Shown piece by piece: positions 43,404 through 52,053 of a stretch of DNA of 64,000 nucleotides. Numbering within the stretch: the stretch's first letter is position 1; each line of letters begins with the position of its first letter. Both the position numbers and the translations under genes were made by a program. The notes beneath the pieces were generated by a model. The model saw only the letters and a list, made by a program, of their open reading frames with translations, was not told where the DNA came from and searched no databases. The stretch covers positions 21,204 to 85,203 of the forward strand of contig JAXMAA010000002.1 in NCBI GenBank assembly GCA_046350615.1, given 5' to 3'. Source of the DNA: Candidatus Saccharimonadales bacterium (GTDB lineage Bacteria; Patescibacteriota; Saccharimonadia; Saccharimonadales; UBA7683).

Positions 43404-44490
43404 ACGTGATTATTACGAAGTCTTAGGTATTAAAAAAGAGGCTTCAGCTGATGAAATTAAAAAAGCCTTCCGTAAGGCTGCCGTGCAGTATCACCCTGAT
43501 AAAGAAGGCGGCGATGAAGCAAAGTTTAAAGAAGCATCGGAAGCATACGAGGTCTTGAAAGATCCGACTAAGCGGCAGCGCTATGACCAGTTTGGTCATG
43601 CTGGTGTTGGTGGCGGCGCGGCTGGTGGCAATCCATTTGATGGTTTCCAGGGCTTTAATGGGCAAAGCATGCACTTCGACTTTGGCGATATGGGTTTGGG
43701 TGATATCTTTGGCAGCTTTTTTGGCGGAGGCCAACAGCGCAGAAGCGATGATATGGGGCGAGATGTGCAGACAGATTTAACTCTTACATTTGAAGAGGCT
43801 GTATTTGGAGTTGAAAAGACTTTGCATCTCACTATGAATGATGTTTGTAGCCATTGTAAGGGCAGCCGGGCTGAACCGGGTCATGAACTAAAAACCTGTG
43901 ATGTGTGTAAAGGTTCAGGCCAGGTTACTCAGCAGATGAACACCATCTTTGGTGCTATTCAGCAGGCTGCGATCTGTCGCAACTGCGAAGGTCGGGGTAA
44001 GGTTCCGGAGAAGCCCTGCACGGTATGTAAGGCAACTGGCGTGGAGCGGGTAAAGCAGGAGATTACTGTGAAAATACCTGCCGGCATTGATGATGGTGCA
44101 GTTATTCGACTTCGTGAGCATGGTGAGGCAGCCGCCAACGGCAATAAGGGTGACCTCTATGTTCAGATTAACGTAAAGCCCCACAAACACTTTACGCGGG
44201 AGGGTGATCTCATTCTTTCTAGCCAGCATGTTGGCATGATTGATGCTGCTCTTGGAACTGAAATACAAGTTGAAACGGTGGATGGCCCTATGACCATGAA
44301 GGTCCCGGCCGGCACCCAGAGCGGCACCGATTTTAAGCTCTCCGGCCGCGGCGTGCCGCACATTCGCGATAAAAACCGCGGTGCTCACATCGTTACCATT
44401 TTGGTAGACACCCCAACAAATCTGAGCAAAGAGCAGCAAGAGATACTCGAAAGCCTCAAAACAACCAAAAAACGAGGCTTCTTCGGCTAA
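43396..44490 (+). CDS. dnaJ: molecular chaperone DnaJ
   Basis: A J-domain with HPD, a G/F region and four CxxCxGxG zinc-finger repeats. Confidence 0.95.
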   Translation: MSKRDYYEVLGIKKEASADEIKKAFRKAAVQYHPDKEGGDEAKFKEASEAYEVLKDPTKRQRYDQFGHAGVGGGAAGGNPFDGFQGFNGQSMHFDFGDMGLGDIFGSFFGGGQQRRSDDMGRDVQTDLTLTFEEAVFGVEKTLHLTMNDVCSHCKGSRAEPGHELKTCDVCKGSGQVTQQMNTIFGAIQQAAICRNCEGRGKVPEKPCTVCKATGVERVKQEITVKIPAGIDDGAVIRLREHGEAAANGNKGDLYVQINVKPHKHFTREGDLILSSQHVGMIDAALGTEIQVETVDGPMTMKVPAGTQSGTDFKLSGRGVPHIRDKNRGAHIVTILVDTPTNLSKEQQEILESLKTTKKRGFFG

Positions 44491-44554
44491 ATCAAAAACA
44501 AACTCTCCTAGTCGTCATCCCAGCTGGCGACATTAAGTACTCATTAAGAGTTCA

Positions 44555-44582
44555 AAAAGACCGCAGTACAGGCGGTCTTTTC
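44555..44582. terminator. bidirectional intrinsic terminator
   Basis: AAAAGACCGC agtacag GCGGTCTTTT. Confidence 0.75.
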
Positions 44583-44613
44583 TAATATCTAAGAACTAAG
44601 CTCTGCCGTCTCA

Positions 44614-45216
44614 TTAAGCCTTATAGTGGCTACGTACCTGAAACAGCAAGTACAATCCAATCACGCTTCCAATAGCAGCGCCAAGGAACGAGCCAACACC
44701 GCCGCCATCGTAAAAGAGTGAAATAACGGCGTAGACAATATTTGCCAATGAGCTGAAAAACATCAGATTCCAACCAGTCTTCTTCTTGGCTTTGAGGCCT
44801 GGAAAGGCTAGAAATGCGAGCACTGAAAATACAACCAGCATGACCAGCGAGAGCCAAAAGGTCAATCCAAGCCGAGGGGTTTGCGCACTGACGCCAAAAT
44901 TGGCAGAAAGCCGATTCGCAACGTCAACCCACTGATTCACATAATGTGCTGCCCGCCACAGCCCAATTGCCGAAATAATACCAAACACACCACCGGCAAG
45001 ACTGAGCCAAGGTGCAATTTTCACCAATGTTTCACGAGCGTTCTTTGGTAGTTTGTACGGAGCTTTCTCGCCCAATACCCCATCAAGGCTCTTCTCAAGC
45101 GGCGCCAAAGGCCCACTTAATTTTGCGTCCAGCGCCTTCGCGGCACCTTCAGCCTTTTGCTCGGCGGTCTTTGCCGCTGCTTCGCTGGTTGGTTTCTTCT
45201 CTTTCGTAGTAGCCAT
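44614..45216 (-). CDS. hypothetical membrane protein
   Basis: The start is at ATG 45216 (GGAGGG SD). It has a Lys/Ala-rich N-terminus followed by about 4 TM helices. Confidence 0.5.
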   Translation of the reverse strand: MATTKEKKPTSEAAAKTAEQKAEGAAKALDAKLSGPLAPLEKSLDGVLGEKAPYKLPKNARETLVKIAPWLSLAGGVFGIISAIGLWRAAHYVNQWVDVANRLSANFGVSAQTPRLGLTFWLSLVMLVVFSVLAFLAFPGLKAKKKTGWNLMFFSSLANIVYAVISLFYDGGGVGSFLGAAIGSVIGLYLLFQVRSHYKA

Positions 45217-45326
45217 CGCTTTCCCTCCGTTAAGCTTACTTACCCACATAATGACAAATAATCATAAAAAATACAACAAACAACAATCGATTAATCACAT
45301 GACCAGATATTCATCCATCGCGAATA

Positions 45327-45355
45327 TTGACAAAACAAACATAATTTGCTATAAT
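45327..45355 (+). promoter_or_regulatory. consensus promoter TTGACA-17 nt-TGcTATAAT
   Basis: TTGACA at 45327-45332 and TATAAT at 45350-45355. The ATG at 45365 is only 9 nt downstream and has no SD. Confidence 0.75.
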
Positions 45356-45364
45356 TTAGCAGTT

Positions 45365-46834
45365 ATGATCGAACACGCAAATAATCCGGAAATTCGCAAG
45401 GTGCCGCCCGAGGCATCGCTTGCACTGCAGTCATACGAGATGTTTGCCGGTACCGAAGGCAGAGATGAGGCGTTGGCGGCCTTCCTAAGCGGCGAATGTG
45501 CGCAATTGCCCATAGATCGAACCTATCGAATGCTATCAAGCAGTGCAGATAAGGTACTGTCCGCGCATAGAGCGAATCTCGAGGAGCTTTCTGCACAAAA
45601 TCCAAGCCTTACTATTGGTACTCCGGAGCTACGATTAGCTGAGGTATGGCTTATAAAAGCACTCCGAAATGCGGCAGAAGTACAAGGCGACATATCGCAG
45701 GCACAAATAGATACCATTCAGCGTATGAACCGCGAAATTTACGGAGAAATCGATCCGCAAATCACCGGGGCTTTTCTTTCTAAAATCTGGGATAAAATTA
45801 CGGCCGTACAAAACCCTGTGCTCAGGCACGTCGTGGCAGAACTAGAAAATGGCTTTGTATTTACAGCGGAAAATGGCGAAGTGGTTGAAGTTCCGGCTCT
45901 GCCTCGAGCCGAAGGTTCGCAGGAGCTACCTGTTCTTGAGGATGATGTCTTTGCATGGATTCAAGAACGCATGCAGGCGGATACGGCAGAAGCCCGACAC
46001 ATTTTTGAAACTTATGCGCAGCAGCATGATCTTACCGAGTTTACGCCGCAAGACATTGCGGAAGTGTTTCGTCAGGCAATAGCAGCCAATGAGAGTTTGC
46101 AAGGTGTACAAGTACGAGAAGACGAAAACGATACGGTACTCAGTTGGTCTTCGGAGGACGCCGCGGTTAAGGTCGGATGTAAGCGAAAGAACATCACTTC
46201 GGTTGATGAACTCGTCGGAGTCTTTGTTCACGAGGTCTACGTGCACGGGGGTAGATATTTAGGCGGCCAGGCACTGGGCGATGCGTATCTTGCTAACGGG
46301 GTATTCTCGGTGGCCGAAGCGGGCGAGCAGCCTGGTTACCTAACGTTCGAAGAAGGGCTTACAACAACCCTGCAGAAAGCAGTTCAAGGTAAAAAAGAGG
46401 CCTGGGGCATGGCAGCAATGGGGAACTATATCGGCATTGCACTCGCTGAGCAAGGCTTTGATTCCCGGCAGGTATTCGAAGTAATGCGTCGTATGGATTT
46501 AGTGTTTAAGGCATCAAAAGTTTCCGAGGCCTCATATGTTGAGCAGTGGGAGGCTGCCTCCAGGCAGGCATTGGCTCGCGTGGTACGTATCTTCAGAGGA
46601 ACACCAGCGAGCAAGGCACTTCGTGCGAGCGATGGCAGTGTACTGCATTTTGGAAAAGATAAAGCCTACGCACTCGGTAAGGTTAGAGCAATAGAGTACC
46701 TTAATACCGTACTCGCTGATGCAACCGAAGAAGAGCGCGACCAAGTATGGCAATTTCTTCTGAGCGGCAAGTTTGACCCGACGAATCGAGCGCAGCATGC
46801 CTATGCACTTCAATCGCAAGGCATGTTAGGATAA
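45365..46834 (+). CDS. DUF1704 (QEGLA-motif / MATCAP-like tyrosine-phenylalanine carboxypeptidase domain) protein
   Basis: The start was reset to ATG 45365. The upstream part of the called ORF is antisense to the neighbouring gene. It has metal motif HEVYVHGGRY (HExxxH) and FEEGLTT in place of QEGLA. Confidence 0.7.
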   Translation: MIEHANNPEIRKVPPEASLALQSYEMFAGTEGRDEALAAFLSGECAQLPIDRTYRMLSSSADKVLSAHRANLEELSAQNPSLTIGTPELRLAEVWLIKALRNAAEVQGDISQAQIDTIQRMNREIYGEIDPQITGAFLSKIWDKITAVQNPVLRHVVAELENGFVFTAENGEVVEVPALPRAEGSQELPVLEDDVFAWIQERMQADTAEARHIFETYAQQHDLTEFTPQDIAEVFRQAIAANESLQGVQVREDENDTVLSWSSEDAAVKVGCKRKNITSVDELVGVFVHEVYVHGGRYLGGQALGDAYLANGVFSVAEAGEQPGYLTFEEGLTTTLQKAVQGKKEAWGMAAMGNYIGIALAEQGFDSRQVFEVMRRMDLVFKASKVSEASYVEQWEAASRQALARVVRIFRGTPASKALRASDGSVLHFGKDKAYALGKVRAIEYLNTVLADATEEERDQVWQFLLSGKFDPTNRAQHAYALQSQGMLG

Positions 46835-46838
46835 GCAT

Positions 46839-47327
46839 ATGAGCAAATACCCTGTCGTTATTGGACGCTTTGAGCACATCGATCTTGTAGGCATACTTGA
46901 GGCCATTCCCGCTAAGATTGACACAGGCGCTTACCGCTCATCTATCCATGCTACGGACATTAAAGTGGTTGAGAAGAATGGCAAAATGGTGCTACGTTTT
47001 ACACTGCTGGGCCACCCGGCGCATCAAAAACACCGAACAATTGAGGTGCGCACCTATAAAACACGGCAAGTGAAGAGTTCTAACGGGCACATCAGTAGCC
47101 GTTATGAGGTAAATCTAAAAATTCGCCTCGGCTACAAGATATTTATAACGCCTTTTACACTTTCCGATCGTGGCTCAAACATATTCCCGGTTCTCATTGG
47201 TAGAAAAGCGCTTAATAAACGATTTTTGGTTGATTCTGACAAAACCGGCGTAAACCGCATGGAATTACGACTCGCTGCGGCCAGTGTGCCATTTGACGAA
47301 GAAGATTTAGAGGGGGTAAACGCATGA
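46839..47327 (+). CDS. RimB-like ATP-dependent zinc protease / retropepsin-like (DUF785) protein
   Basis: 162 aa with ..IPAKIDTGAYRSSIHA.. and ..VLIGRKAL... It has a 4-nt overlap with rimK. Confidence 0.7.
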   Translation: MSKYPVVIGRFEHIDLVGILEAIPAKIDTGAYRSSIHATDIKVVEKNGKMVLRFTLLGHPAHQKHRTIEVRTYKTRQVKSSNGHISSRYEVNLKIRLGYKIFITPFTLSDRGSNIFPVLIGRKALNKRFLVDSDKTGVNRMELRLAAASVPFDEEDLEGVNA

Positions 47328-48235
47328 AGATTGTAATTTTATCAAACGGTCCCGGGAACTATTCCACAAAACGGTTGGTTGAAGAAGCCAAATCGCGCGG
47401 TCACAGCGTTCGCGTGGTGAAGTATCGTGATTGCTATGCCTCAATTGAAAGTAGTAACCCATGCGTAACCTACGAAGGTGAAGATTTGCGCAATGTCGAT
47501 GCAATTATTCCGCGTATTGCAAGCAGTATGACCAGGTATGGTACAGCCATTGTGCGTCAGTTTGAGATGCAGGGCGTGTATACCACGGCGGCTTCTATTG
47601 CAATTGTTCGTTCGCGTGATAAGCTGCGAAGCCTGCAGTTACTCTCAAAGGCTGGCGTGGGTATCCCGAAGACGGTTTTTTCGCGTAATACCGCAGACAT
47701 TGACGATTTAATAGAAGAAATTGGCGGAACGCCGGTTATCATTAAGCTGGCTCGCGGTACGCACGGCAATGGCGTGGTGTTAGCGGAGACTAAAAAAGCC
47801 GCTAGGTCGGTATTGCAAGCGTTTTATCTGAATAATGAAGACGGCACCAATATTCTACTACAAGAATTTGTGAAGGAATCGGCTGGTGAAGACATTCGTT
47901 CCTTTGTGGTTGGTGGGCGCGTGGTGGCGAGCATGAAACGCCAAAGTCTAGACGATGATTTTAGGAGCAATCTACATCAAGGTGGCTCTGGTGAGTCGGT
48001 TAAGCTCACCGATGAAGAAAAGAAAGTTGCCATTAAGGCTGCTAGGGCAATGGGGCTGCCAATTTGTGGTGTTGACATGATGCGTTCATCTCGCGGTCCG
48101 TTGGTGCTCGAGGTTAATTCAAGTCCAGGGTTTGGAATTGAAAAGGTAACCGGGCGAAACGTGGCTGCTAAAGTAATCGACTACGTAGAAATCAATGCGA
48201 AACGACGTAACAAAAAAGACAAAGTCGGCGCGTAA
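47324..48235 (+). CDS. rimK: RimK family alpha-L-glutamate ligase (ATP-grasp)
   Basis: 303 aa. The ATP-grasp layout is MKIVILS.., ..PVIIKLARGTHGNGVVL.. and ..CGVDMMRS..GPLVLEVNSSPG... Confidence 0.9.
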   Translation: MKIVILSNGPGNYSTKRLVEEAKSRGHSVRVVKYRDCYASIESSNPCVTYEGEDLRNVDAIIPRIASSMTRYGTAIVRQFEMQGVYTTAASIAIVRSRDKLRSLQLLSKAGVGIPKTVFSRNTADIDDLIEEIGGTPVIIKLARGTHGNGVVLAETKKAARSVLQAFYLNNEDGTNILLQEFVKESAGEDIRSFVVGGRVVASMKRQSLDDDFRSNLHQGGSGESVKLTDEEKKVAIKAARAMGLPICGVDMMRSSRGPLVLEVNSSPGFGIEKVTGRNVAAKVIDYVEINAKRRNKKDKVGA

Positions 48236-48719
48236 AGTACTGGCTATATTCGCTGCAGCTGCCGTTCTGATTATTTTTGCGGTATTATCGCAATCTTTAT
48301 TACATCACTATAAAAAAGCTGAAGTGGCATCATATAATAAAAGTGCGACAATATTGCAAAATAGAGATAATATCCCACTCTATCTTGGCGACCAAGTGCT
48401 GCATGTATCTATTGCTCGTTTGCCTCAAGAGCAGCAGCGGGGTCTTTGCTGCCGCGACTCTCTCGATACTAATTCTGGTATGTTATTTGTTTACGATAAA
48501 CCAGGCGATTATCGTTTTTGGATGAAAGATACGCGTATTCCGCTGGATATGTACTGGATTAACGGCGAAAAGAGCATCGTGCATATTGAAGAAAATGTGC
48601 GGCCAGAGAGCTATCCAAGGTCGTTTGGCTCGCCAAAACCGGCGCAGTATGTTTTAGAAACCAATGCTAGATTTGCCAAAAAGCATAATATCAAAGTTGG
48701 TGATAAAATCCGCTTCTAA
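48195..48719 (+). CDS. DUF192 domain protein with N-terminal membrane anchor
   Basis: ..SGMLFVY....FWMKDTRIPLDMYWI.. and ..YVLETNARF.. motifs. The start is uncertain; this call overlaps rimK by 41 nt. Confidence 0.65.
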   Translation: MRNDVTKKTKSARKVLAIFAAAAVLIIFAVLSQSLLHHYKKAEVASYNKSATILQNRDNIPLYLGDQVLHVSIARLPQEQQRGLCCRDSLDTNSGMLFVYDKPGDYRFWMKDTRIPLDMYWINGEKSIVHIEENVRPESYPRSFGSPKPAQYVLETNARFAKKHNIKVGDKIRF

Positions 48720-48845
48720 ATCCAAAACAAACCGAAGGTTTATCGTTCCGGACCCCAATCCGGAATCTAATATGTACTATCGCTGTCTGTAACGCTACTC
48801 CTAAGTGCTACCCTTTAAGATCTAAAAATGCTACCATAAGCGTAA

Positions 48846-49343
48846 ATGGTTGATCTTGTTACACTTGGTATTGCAGTAATAGTAGTTGCGGCAGTCTTTA
48901 TTCGTAAAACAAGTGGTGGTGTGGCGATTCTATCCCTGTTAGCGGGCGTGTTGCTTAACCAGCTACTTGGTGATTGGCTAGTGACTCTGATGCCAGTTGC
49001 TGCAAGCTCGGCTTCCGAGTATGTCCCGATAGTCGTTCGGCTGCTGATACTCTTTACCCCAGTAGTTGCAGCTCTAGTTGCTGTAAAGGTTCATAAGCAA
49101 AATGCAGTACTGTCGTTACTCACAGGCTTGACACTCGGCTTCTTAATGGTGCTCTTTGGGCTTGAGGTAATTAAAAATCTTCCCTTGGTAAAAGATGCCG
49201 CTGCAAACGCTGGCTTGATTCACTTCCTCAGTCCATACAAAAACGCAATCCTTTCTGCTAGTGCGACCCTTGCGGTTGTCGAGATGGTAATGAGCCATAA
49301 CGCTGGGCTTGCATCTAAAAAGAAGAAATCCTCTAAAGATTGA
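48846..49343 (+). CDS. hypothetical membrane protein
   Basis: 165 aa with about 4 TM helices and a Lys-rich tail. Confidence 0.5.
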   Translation: MVDLVTLGIAVIVVAAVFIRKTSGGVAILSLLAGVLLNQLLGDWLVTLMPVAASSASEYVPIVVRLLILFTPVVAALVAVKVHKQNAVLSLLTGLTLGFLMVLFGLEVIKNLPLVKDAAANAGLIHFLSPYKNAILSASATLAVVEMVMSHNAGLASKKKKSSKD

Positions 49344-49363
49344 AACTCATCGCTAGTTCGTGT

Positions 49364-49390
49364 GTCATCCTGGGAGAAGTCAAAGGATCT
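49364..49390 (+). repeat. GTCATYC...GRATC repeat copy
   Basis: GTCATCCTGGGAGAAGTCAAAGGATCT. Confidence 0.65.
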
Positions 49391-49473
49391 CGATTAGTCT
49401 AACGAACAAAGCATATTGCGTAACATCTGTTAATGTGAGAAAATAACGTAGTTCTTGGCATCAAGCCAATTTC

Positions 49474-49550
49474 GGGCCCATAGCTCAGCTGGTTAGAGCA
49501 CCTGCCTTTTAAGCAGGGTGTCCTGGGTTCAAGTCCCAGTGGGCCCTCCA
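49474..49550 (+). tRNA. tRNA-Lys (TTT)
   Basis: GGGCCCATAGCTCAGCTGGTTAGAGCACCTGCCTTTTAAGCAGGGTGTCCTGGGTTCAAGTCCCAGTGGGCCCTCCA, a 77-nt cloverleaf. Confidence 0.88.
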
Positions 49551-49582
49551 TTCAAGAATTACAGATGATAATTCAATCACTA

Positions 49583-49611
49583 AAATGTCTTCCAATTTCG
49601 GAAGGCATTTT
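49583..49611 (+). terminator. intrinsic terminator after tRNA-Lys
   Basis: AAATGTCTTCC aatttc GGAAGGCATTT followed by T. Confidence 0.6.
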
Positions 49612-49681
49612 CAATCCGCTAAAAAGTTCAAATTTCTGGGGGCATTAAGCAACCGATTTCTATCTTTGTTATCATAGGTCC

Positions 49682-50209
49682 ATGCCCTTAATTCTCATAA
49701 CTGGTATTTCAACTTCTGGTAAATCTACTATGGCGGTAGAACTGACCAAACGTGGCTACGAAGCTTACGATACTGAACATAATGGCATAGGTGCATGGTT
49801 CAACAAAGAAACTGGCGGACGAGCTGCCGAATTTGGCAAAGTACCTAGCCGTACGGCCGGATGGATGAATCAACACCACTGGCTTATTTCGGAAGATTGG
49901 GTAAAGCAAAGAGCCACCGAAGCAAAAGATAGAGCAGTTTTTCTCTGCGGTGGTTCAAGTGATGTATCGAATATAGTACCCCTCCTTGATACAATCATCT
50001 GGCTTAAAACGGACGAAGCAACAATCAGAAAAAGAGTTAATAACCCCCGTGACCACACTTACGGCACCAAACCACATGAGTTGGAAAAAATACTCAAGGA
50101 AAACCTTGAGCAAGAGCAGCAATATAAAGATTTGGGTGCAGCTATGGTTGACGCACGAAAGCCGTTGGACGAAGTTGTAATCGAAGTCATGGAGTCTTCT
50201 GGATTGTAG
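49682..50209 (+). CDS. P-loop kinase-like protein (AAA/nucleoside-kinase-like)
   Basis: Walker A GISTSGKST at the N-terminus, at 175 aa. Confidence 0.5.
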   Translation: MPLILITGISTSGKSTMAVELTKRGYEAYDTEHNGIGAWFNKETGGRAAEFGKVPSRTAGWMNQHHWLISEDWVKQRATEAKDRAVFLCGGSSDVSNIVPLLDTIIWLKTDEATIRKRVNNPRDHTYGTKPHELEKILKENLEQEQQYKDLGAAMVDARKPLDEVVIEVMESSGL

Positions 50210-50220
50210 GACTTGAAGAA

Positions 50221-51093
50221 ATGGATGAGCAACTAAAGCAAAAGCTAGAATCTGACTTTCCAAACTTAGTAATTGCTGAAATTAAGCGAATAGGCGAAGG
50301 CTGGGATAATATTGCGTACCTTGTGAATAATGAGGTAGTTTTCAGGGTGCCCAAGAAGAAGACCGAAGAGATAGCCCAAGAAATCCTTGACCATACTAAG
50401 ACAGAGATTCAATTCCTAAAAAGAATTGAGGGTAAATTGCCTGTTAAAAGCCCCTCCATTAAATACGTTGCAGAAGACAAATCCTATTATGGATACACTT
50501 TTGCTAGTGGTGGGCAGGTTTCCTTTGAAGAAATCAAAGACAAAGAAGGTTTTGTAAAATTATGGATTGATACTGCTATGGCACTTGGTAAATCAATGCC
50601 ACTAGATGACGCTACGAAAATGGGTGTAAAGCAAGTCTCGCTCAATGAGTATAGGTTAAAGCGGGTCAAGCAAGTGATTGATAGCAAAATTCTTGACGAC
50701 GAACTACATGAACTCGCTGAGTATACACTACAGAATTACTTAGCAGTTTGGAATCAAGCACCTCAATTCATTCTCCATGGTGACCCCGGTCTAGGTAATT
50801 GGGTGTACGACGAGCCTTTAAATACATATACACTGATTGATTGGTCTGATATTTGCATAGGTCCACAAGAATTTCAGGTGTATCGCTTAGTTAACGATAT
50901 GCCCGACTACGTTGACCTGATTATTCAATACTATTTTGAGAAAGCTGGAATTGAAATAAGCCAAGAGCTGATTTTCTTATGCGGCTACGCAAGCATACTA
51001 TCCATGCTCGGTGCATTCATGGAGCGAGGAGATGAACAGGGTATACGAGCAAAAACAAAGCAACTAAAGTTCTGGAAATCTCTTCAAGGCTAA
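50221..51093 (+). CDS. aminoglycoside/choline-kinase-type phosphotransferase (APH family)
   Basis: Catalytic loop HGDPGLGN followed by LIDWSD. Confidence 0.7.
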   Translation: MDEQLKQKLESDFPNLVIAEIKRIGEGWDNIAYLVNNEVVFRVPKKKTEEIAQEILDHTKTEIQFLKRIEGKLPVKSPSIKYVAEDKSYYGYTFASGGQVSFEEIKDKEGFVKLWIDTAMALGKSMPLDDATKMGVKQVSLNEYRLKRVKQVIDSKILDDELHELAEYTLQNYLAVWNQAPQFILHGDPGLGNWVYDEPLNTYTLIDWSDICIGPQEFQVYRLVNDMPDYVDLIIQYYFEKAGIEISQELIFLCGYASILSMLGAFMERGDEQGIRAKTKQLKFWKSLQG

Positions 51094-51160
51094 CATCTCA
51101 GCCGCTATAACGTCGACAATGGACCTCCAAAGCGGTGAAGTAGCCTGCTATGATGCTCCT

Positions 51161-51913
51161 TCATTGCTTGCTTAATGTATGTCTAATATCAAAATCTAAA
51201 ATGAGTGCGTTATGGTCTGAAATAATCGTCTCATCCATAACAAATCCATTCACAACTACATCGTCACTTACAAAAATATAATCACAAACTTCGTCTTTAT
51301 GGGTTAGTTGAGAGCGGGTTGTTTTTAAGGAATGCGTAACTGGTAAGTTTTGCAGTTTTGTATCAAGTAACTGTATGGACTCACTTTCTGGCGAGAGGTT
51401 TAAATCCCCGCACACAATCACTGCTCCTTCAAGCTTCGCTATGTAGTCAACGATTTGCTGTACTTGCCGAAGCGTTTCTTCATAGCCAAGTTTATGCGCA
51501 TCTATATGATGTCCATGATGGTTGATAATATTCAGTTTTTTACCGTCTATCTCAATAAGCGAGTGCTGAAATGCGCGAATATTGTAATCATCTGTATCAA
51601 AGTCGAAGTTTTCGGTAAACGAACCTTTAGTGAATACCGTTGTTGTTTCGCTGAACGGAACATTTGAATAGGTAACATTTCCATGTACAACATCTCTATC
51701 ACCCAACTTCATTGTGGTCAGAGGTGAAAAGAACTGGTTTTCTAATCCGAGGCTTTTGCCAACTTTCTGATAAGAGCTTATGAGGCCATTGTATTTGTTG
51801 CCGTAGTCAACGGCTTCTTGCATACACGCTATGTCTACATCGAGCGTTTCTAAGTGTTTAAGTAAAACCCGTTCTAAGCGACCTTGCCATACATTGAGTG
51901 TCAACAGTTTCAT
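51161..51913 (-). CDS. endonuclease/exonuclease/phosphatase (EEP) family protein
   Basis: MKLLTLNVW...DIACMQE, ..VCGDLN.. and a C-terminal ..SDHNAL... Confidence 0.75.
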   Translation of the reverse strand: MKLLTLNVWQGRLERVLLKHLETLDVDIACMQEAVDYGNKYNGLISSYQKVGKSLGLENQFFSPLTTMKLGDRDVVHGNVTYSNVPFSETTTVFTKGSFTENFDFDTDDYNIRAFQHSLIEIDGKKLNIINHHGHHIDAHKLGYEETLRQVQQIVDYIAKLEGAVIVCGDLNLSPESESIQLLDTKLQNLPVTHSLKTTRSQLTHKDEVCDYIFVSDDVVVNGFVMDETIISDHNALILDFDIRHTLSKQ

Positions 51914-52053
51914 GAGATAATTTTATCATCAGGACATTGGTTTAACCACGTAATAATATGACTAAATTGCGGTGGGAGTAAAAGATACGAGTTGCTGCTC
52001 GAGAATTTAAAAAAGTTAAAGATTTGTTAAGAATTTGGTCGTAGTATCGAGCT

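Noticed and set aside
18827-44490. Numerous 60-190-aa antisense or out-of-frame ORFs inside ftsH, murJ, lepA, the 1198-aa gene, folC, dnaK and dnaJ
   Set aside because: They are fully nested in strongly supported conserved genes. Their compositions are typical of antisense translation (Arg/Ser/Pro-rich).
45053-45364. 104-codon upstream extension of the DUF1704 ORF
   Set aside because: It is antisense to the membrane-protein gene and contains the TTGACA-17-TATAAT promoter itself. The start was reset to ATG 45365.
49551-51160. Integrated island at tRNA-Lys with att duplication
   Set aside because: No convincing second copy of the tRNA 3' end was found; only a weak GGACCTCCA near 51100. No integrase gene is present.
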